Position numbers and translations under genes: made by a program. From Neodothiora populina (lineage: Eukaryota): a DNA stretch of 64,000 bases. The notes beneath the pieces were generated by a model. It saw nothing but the letters and a program-made list of their open reading frames with translations, had not been told where the DNA came from and ran no database searches. Below are positions 60,136 through 64,000 of this stretch, one piece after another. Positions within the stretch are counted from its first letter, which is position 1, and every line of letters begins with the position of its first letter. The stretch covers positions 806,001 through 870,000 of the forward strand of contig NW_027191417.1 of the NCBI RefSeq assembly GCF_041146345.1, given 5' to 3'.

Positions 60136-62244
60136 TCAACAAGCAGTAGCCGACCGTCCATGCATGGTAGGTCTGGTCGAAGACCCAGTCCTGCCGCCCA
60201 CGCCGCCGGTATACCCGCTGGCCATGGGCACGTCATAAGCGTATTTTTGGTGCGAGCGCTCTCGCTGGTCGGCCGGTCTGTCTCGCTCTCTGCCTCGCTC
60301 GCGTTCTCGTTCTCGGTCGCGGGTTCTTTCGCGGTCGAGACCGCCGGCAGAGGGATGGTCGGGTTTGGAGCGGGGCAGGTCGGCGTACACGGGTTGGGAT
60401 TTGACGGATTCTCTGCGCGTCAATGAGGGACGTATGGGTGAGGTTCGACTGTAGGATGTTGGAGACTCGGTTGGTGTGGTGGCGTAGTATGTGTGGACGG
60501 GGCGCAAGGGAGGTGGTTGGGTCGCGGATGAGTGACGTGGAGGATTGATGGGTCTTGTTGTAGGACCGGGCGATGGAGAGTCTGCAGGTCGTCGTTCACG
60601 GGTGTGTAAGTCGCGATCGAGAGGCTCACGAGGCGCCGTTCTGCGAGGAGGATTGTAGTCGCTGTTGTCGGGACTGGCTGTATAGCGATACTGTTTCACG
60701 GTATAGGGGGTGGACGGAGCAGGTTCTTCGGGAGAGGGGATCGGCGTAGGGAGACCGCTGCTGTTGAACTCGGTCTGGCGCAAAGTCGAACTTCTGTGTG
60801 GACCCGCGGCGTCTTTCCGCTTAGAGCTGACTGCAGGCATGGTTTCCGAGCGATGCATTTGTGGTGGCAGCGGCGGAGCATGGTCGAGGCTGCTGCCCAG
60901 TGTTGCTGCGCGCAGAGTCGGCTTGAATCCCGCAGGCGAAGAAGTAGACTTCTCCAAGCCCGGAGGTCTTCGAAGCTCCCGGAGATCCTGGGGCTCGCGT
61001 TCGACTGGGAAGTGCAAGCCCTCTGCAACGCTGTGCATGCGTTCTCGCTCGCGATCACGCCTGGATGAGGGTGGAGGCGAATGCTGGCGACTGTCGGTCT
61101 TGGGTCGAACCGAGGTGCGACGGACTAGTGGTGGTTGAACATCTCTTGGCCTTTCAATGGTGTATGCATCTCCCATGGATGCGGTCCGCGGGGCAGAAGG
61201 ACGAGCATCGCCTCTGGTCCTCCCGTTCATGTACGCCTTCGCTTCGTCAATGGCGTATTGCTCCTTCGTCTTTCGTGACTGCCCTTCATATCGCTTTTGG
61301 TCCTTGTCTCTCTGCAGTTTCTCTTCACGCTCCCAATCTCGCGGTCTTTCCCTGTCGACATCCCTTTCTCTCTCCCGCACCCGCACTCGTTCCTTCTCTC
61401 TTTCTCTTTCCTTTAGTTCTCTTTCCCTTTCTCTGTCTCTCGCTTCTCTCTCTCGCAACTCTCTCTCCCGCAAATCCCTATCCCTTTCTCTCTCCTTCTC
61501 TCTTACTCTTTCTTCATCGCGTCGTCGCCCCCTCTCAGGATTTGAGTAGTGGCGGACATCATCGGATTCCGACTCGTCGTGGACGTTTACCGTCTTGTAG
61601 CCCCTTTCCCTCCTGACCTCCTTGTCCCGAGCTCTGTGTCGTTCGCTGTGCATTGCCTTTTCCCGCTCCTTCTCCTTTGCCCTGACCTCTTGCTGAGAAC
61701 GCTCATAGCCTCGAGTACGACTATCTTTTCTCTCTCGGTCTCGGGGAACGCTCCTCTTGGCCGCTTTATCGTAGTCTTCGCGTTTCTTGAAGGTGCGATT
61801 GTCAGGGAAATATTCGTGATCGGCCTCATAACTCCGGCTGGGTTTCCGGTCTTCGTAGATTGGTTCGGCAGGCTTCGAGTATGAAGCCGGTGCTGCACCG
61901 TAGGCAGGGCGGCCTGGGACCGGGCTAGGAGCATCGCGGGTAGCTGGTTTCGTTGTTGCACTAGGGGCTGCTGCTGCTTTCTTCTCCATGACGTCCCTGC
62001 GCAGCGCGGCCAGCTTGACTTGAGCATCATAACGCGTACGTCGGTCTTGGTCACTGAGGATCTCGTATGCTTGTTGTATCCGGTGGAAATCATCGGCAGC
62101 TTTCGCCTTGAGGGCCGGATCCGTTACTTTATCGGGATGGCATTTCAGTACAAGCTTTCGATAGATAGACTTGATCTGTGCAGCGGTAGCATCTTTCTCC
62201 ACACCAAGACCAGCGTATGGATCAGGTGGTAATGGAGATGCCAT
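60136..62244 (-). CDS. Class III J-domain protein with long RE/RD mixed-charge and Pro/Ser-rich disordered tail
   Basis: N-terminal J domain DPYAGLGV..YRKLVLKCHPDK..IQQAYEILSD..RYD. First ATG at 62244. Confidence 0.88.
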   Translation of the reverse strand: MASPLPPDPYAGLGVEKDATAAQIKSIYRKLVLKCHPDKVTDPALKAKAADDFHRIQQAYEILSDQDRRTRYDAQVKLAALRRDVMEKKAAAAPSATTKPATRDAPSPVPGRPAYGAAPASYSKPAEPIYEDRKPSRSYEADHEYFPDNRTFKKREDYDKAAKRSVPRDRERKDSRTRGYERSQQEVRAKEKEREKAMHSERHRARDKEVRRERGYKTVNVHDESESDDVRHYSNPERGRRRDEERVREKERERDRDLRERELREREARDRERERELKEREREKERVRVRERERDVDRERPRDWEREEKLQRDKDQKRYEGQSRKTKEQYAIDEAKAYMNGRTRGDARPSAPRTASMGDAYTIERPRDVQPPLVRRTSVRPKTDSRQHSPPPSSRRDRERERMHSVAEGLHFPVEREPQDLRELRRPPGLEKSTSSPAGFKPTLRAATLGSSLDHAPPLPPQMHRSETMPAVSSKRKDAAGPHRSSTLRQTEFNSSGLPTPIPSPEEPAPSTPYTVKQYRYTASPDNSDYNPPRRTAPREPLDRDLHTRERRPADSPSPGPTTRPINPPRHSSATQPPPLRPVHTYYATTPTESPTSYSRTSPIRPSLTRRESVKSQPVYADLPRSKPDHPSAGGLDRERTRDRERERERGRERDRPADQRERSHQKYAYDVPMASGYTGGVGGRTGSSTRPTMHGRSATAC

Positions 62245-64000
62245 GATGTTGCTTTTGAAATGTGAGGTTGCTTGATAGTCGTTACGCAGGACCACCTATG
62301 ACATGAGCAAGAGATCGAAAAGCAAGTCTATGATGTCGTAGAGGCGGTCGTAAATGCTGCTGGAGAAACCACCGTTGACGCTGTACAGAGTCGTGTTTTT
62401 GACAATCGTGGTTATCGTAGTAGTAATAATCGTCTCGTGGTCATGAAATTGTGATAGTGGTGGTGGCGGTGGCTGTGGTGATGGCGTCGGCTGCAGGGAT
62501 AATAAATTTGATGGTGTCGGTTTTTCGTCGTAGTCAAGTATAGTCGTTAAATTGTATTACTGGCCATGAAAAGGCAGAACTTGGTAGATAAGGAAGAGAT
62601 AAGGAAAAAAAAAGGAAAAGAACAAGTATAGAAGAAAGTGCTAAAGTGGTGGAAGGCACAGGCGGAAGCGGGCCTGAAGAAGAATAAAGGATAAAGGTAC
62701 CGTCAAGGGCCTTATTGTACGTGAGGAATGGAATTTAAGACAGATGTGATGCGCTGGGAATGGCTGCGCTGTGCTGGCTGGACGTGACGGACGTTGCGGA
62801 CGTGCTGGCAGATCGCCTAACGTCTGTGGAGTAACTGTGAGTACAGCGAATTTGGTGCTGAATGAAATTGATTGTATTGATTGTCCGCGCGCCTCGACGA
62901 AGACAGTGCCTGTACTTGAACCGCTTGTGCTTCCGATTGGACGCCCGTTGCACGTAATGCTGTTGTGCGTTACGACCAACCCCGGGCAGAGAGGATTCAG
63001 CAAAGTCACGGGATGACGTTGGCTACGTTGGTTGTGTGTTGATTGATGCCGGACAGGAATCCAGGTAGAAAGCAGATGCAGTGTCGAAGCAAGGCAGATA
63101 GATATAAGATGGCTCTTGCGTGTAAACCGGTACAGGGTAAAAGTCAGTGGCCACTCGATTGCATAAATGTGCAGAGCTCGTGTCTTGTTAGAAGGCAGGA
63201 AGGAGAAGACGAAGCAGTTTGCTGCTGCAAGGCAAGCAATCCTGGTACTTTACGAAGTATGTATGAGCTGCCGAACGTAACGTGCCGGAAACGGGCGAAT
63301 GAAGGGCTTCATTCGGAGAGTACAGCCAATGCTAATGTACTTGTATATTGCCTTGCTTGCCTGCTTCCTCCTACTACCTACGTACTTAAACCTCAGCTAA
63401 CGCACCTACGAGAATCTGCCGCTTCGCCCCACACGTGATGATCCCATCATCCTCTCTTTCGCTTGCTTTAACCGTCGAATCACTACAGGCGGTGAAGCTC
63501 AGAGGTGTCCCGGCCCGCCCGTTTAGTCCTCTACGCTACGTGCTACCGTACAAGTACCTTAGTTTGCTCCATTCTCTCTCGCTAGGTTCTCGCTTTGAAG
63601 ATAAGATATTCTCTACATACCTGTATCATCAATGCCCCGCCCGATTCTGAAACGTCCACCGTAGCACCTTGCTATGAGGCTCACATGAACTCGCCTTCTT
63701 GCCCCTCCTTTCTTGTCCCTGTTGCACACTTGTCTACTTGCTCAGATGCATCGACATGCACAACAATCTACTTCCAGTTCGTTCATCACATACACCCTCC
63801 TGCAAACTTCCCCGATTGGTCTGCCTAGCTGGACTAACGACTCGAGACCTTGAGCTTATGCAGTCCACTTCTCTGGCGTCGGTGCCATGGCATCGCGACA
63901 TATGACTTCACACGTGGACATGTCTGGTCGCCTCTGTCGTACCAGAGCATACACATTATCCTTCAGTAGTATGCTTTTGAAACACTAAGCCTGGCATGCC

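Overview
Gene-dense eukaryotic DNA from a filamentous ascomycete (Pezizomycotina; finer taxonomy cannot be fixed from sequence alone), with short spliceosomal introns. It holds about 22 protein-coding genes, mostly housekeeping: SEA4 3' end, m-AAA protease AFG3/YTA12, RLP24, PAM18, an alpha/beta hydrolase, STB3, EB1/BIM1, VAM7, DBP8, a Ser/Pro/Lys-rich protein, an arrestin-like protein, bZIP MeaB, STM1, an MDR oxidoreductase, a DgoD-type galactonate dehydratase, MOT1, an acyl-CoA synthetase, RPL16, a BAG co-chaperone, an Asg1-like Zn2Cys6 factor, PFF1 M28 protease and a J-domain protein. No tRNA, rRNA, transposon or CRISPR is supported. I found no clearly new multi-gene system. The best leads are: (1) an uncharacterised protein with a NuSAP-like motif, SxIP-like EB1-binding motifs, a KEN box and many CDK-type sites, 5 kb from EB1; (2) meaB with a weak GC-AG last intron that switches its C-terminus, plus a GATA cluster and an overlapping uORF; (3) a BAG gene with a long ATG-less open extension ending in a membrane segment (possible non-AUG isoform); (4) micro-exons and other non-canonical splice sites. 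All gene identities come from recalled motifs, not database searches, and exon boundaries were assembled by hand.
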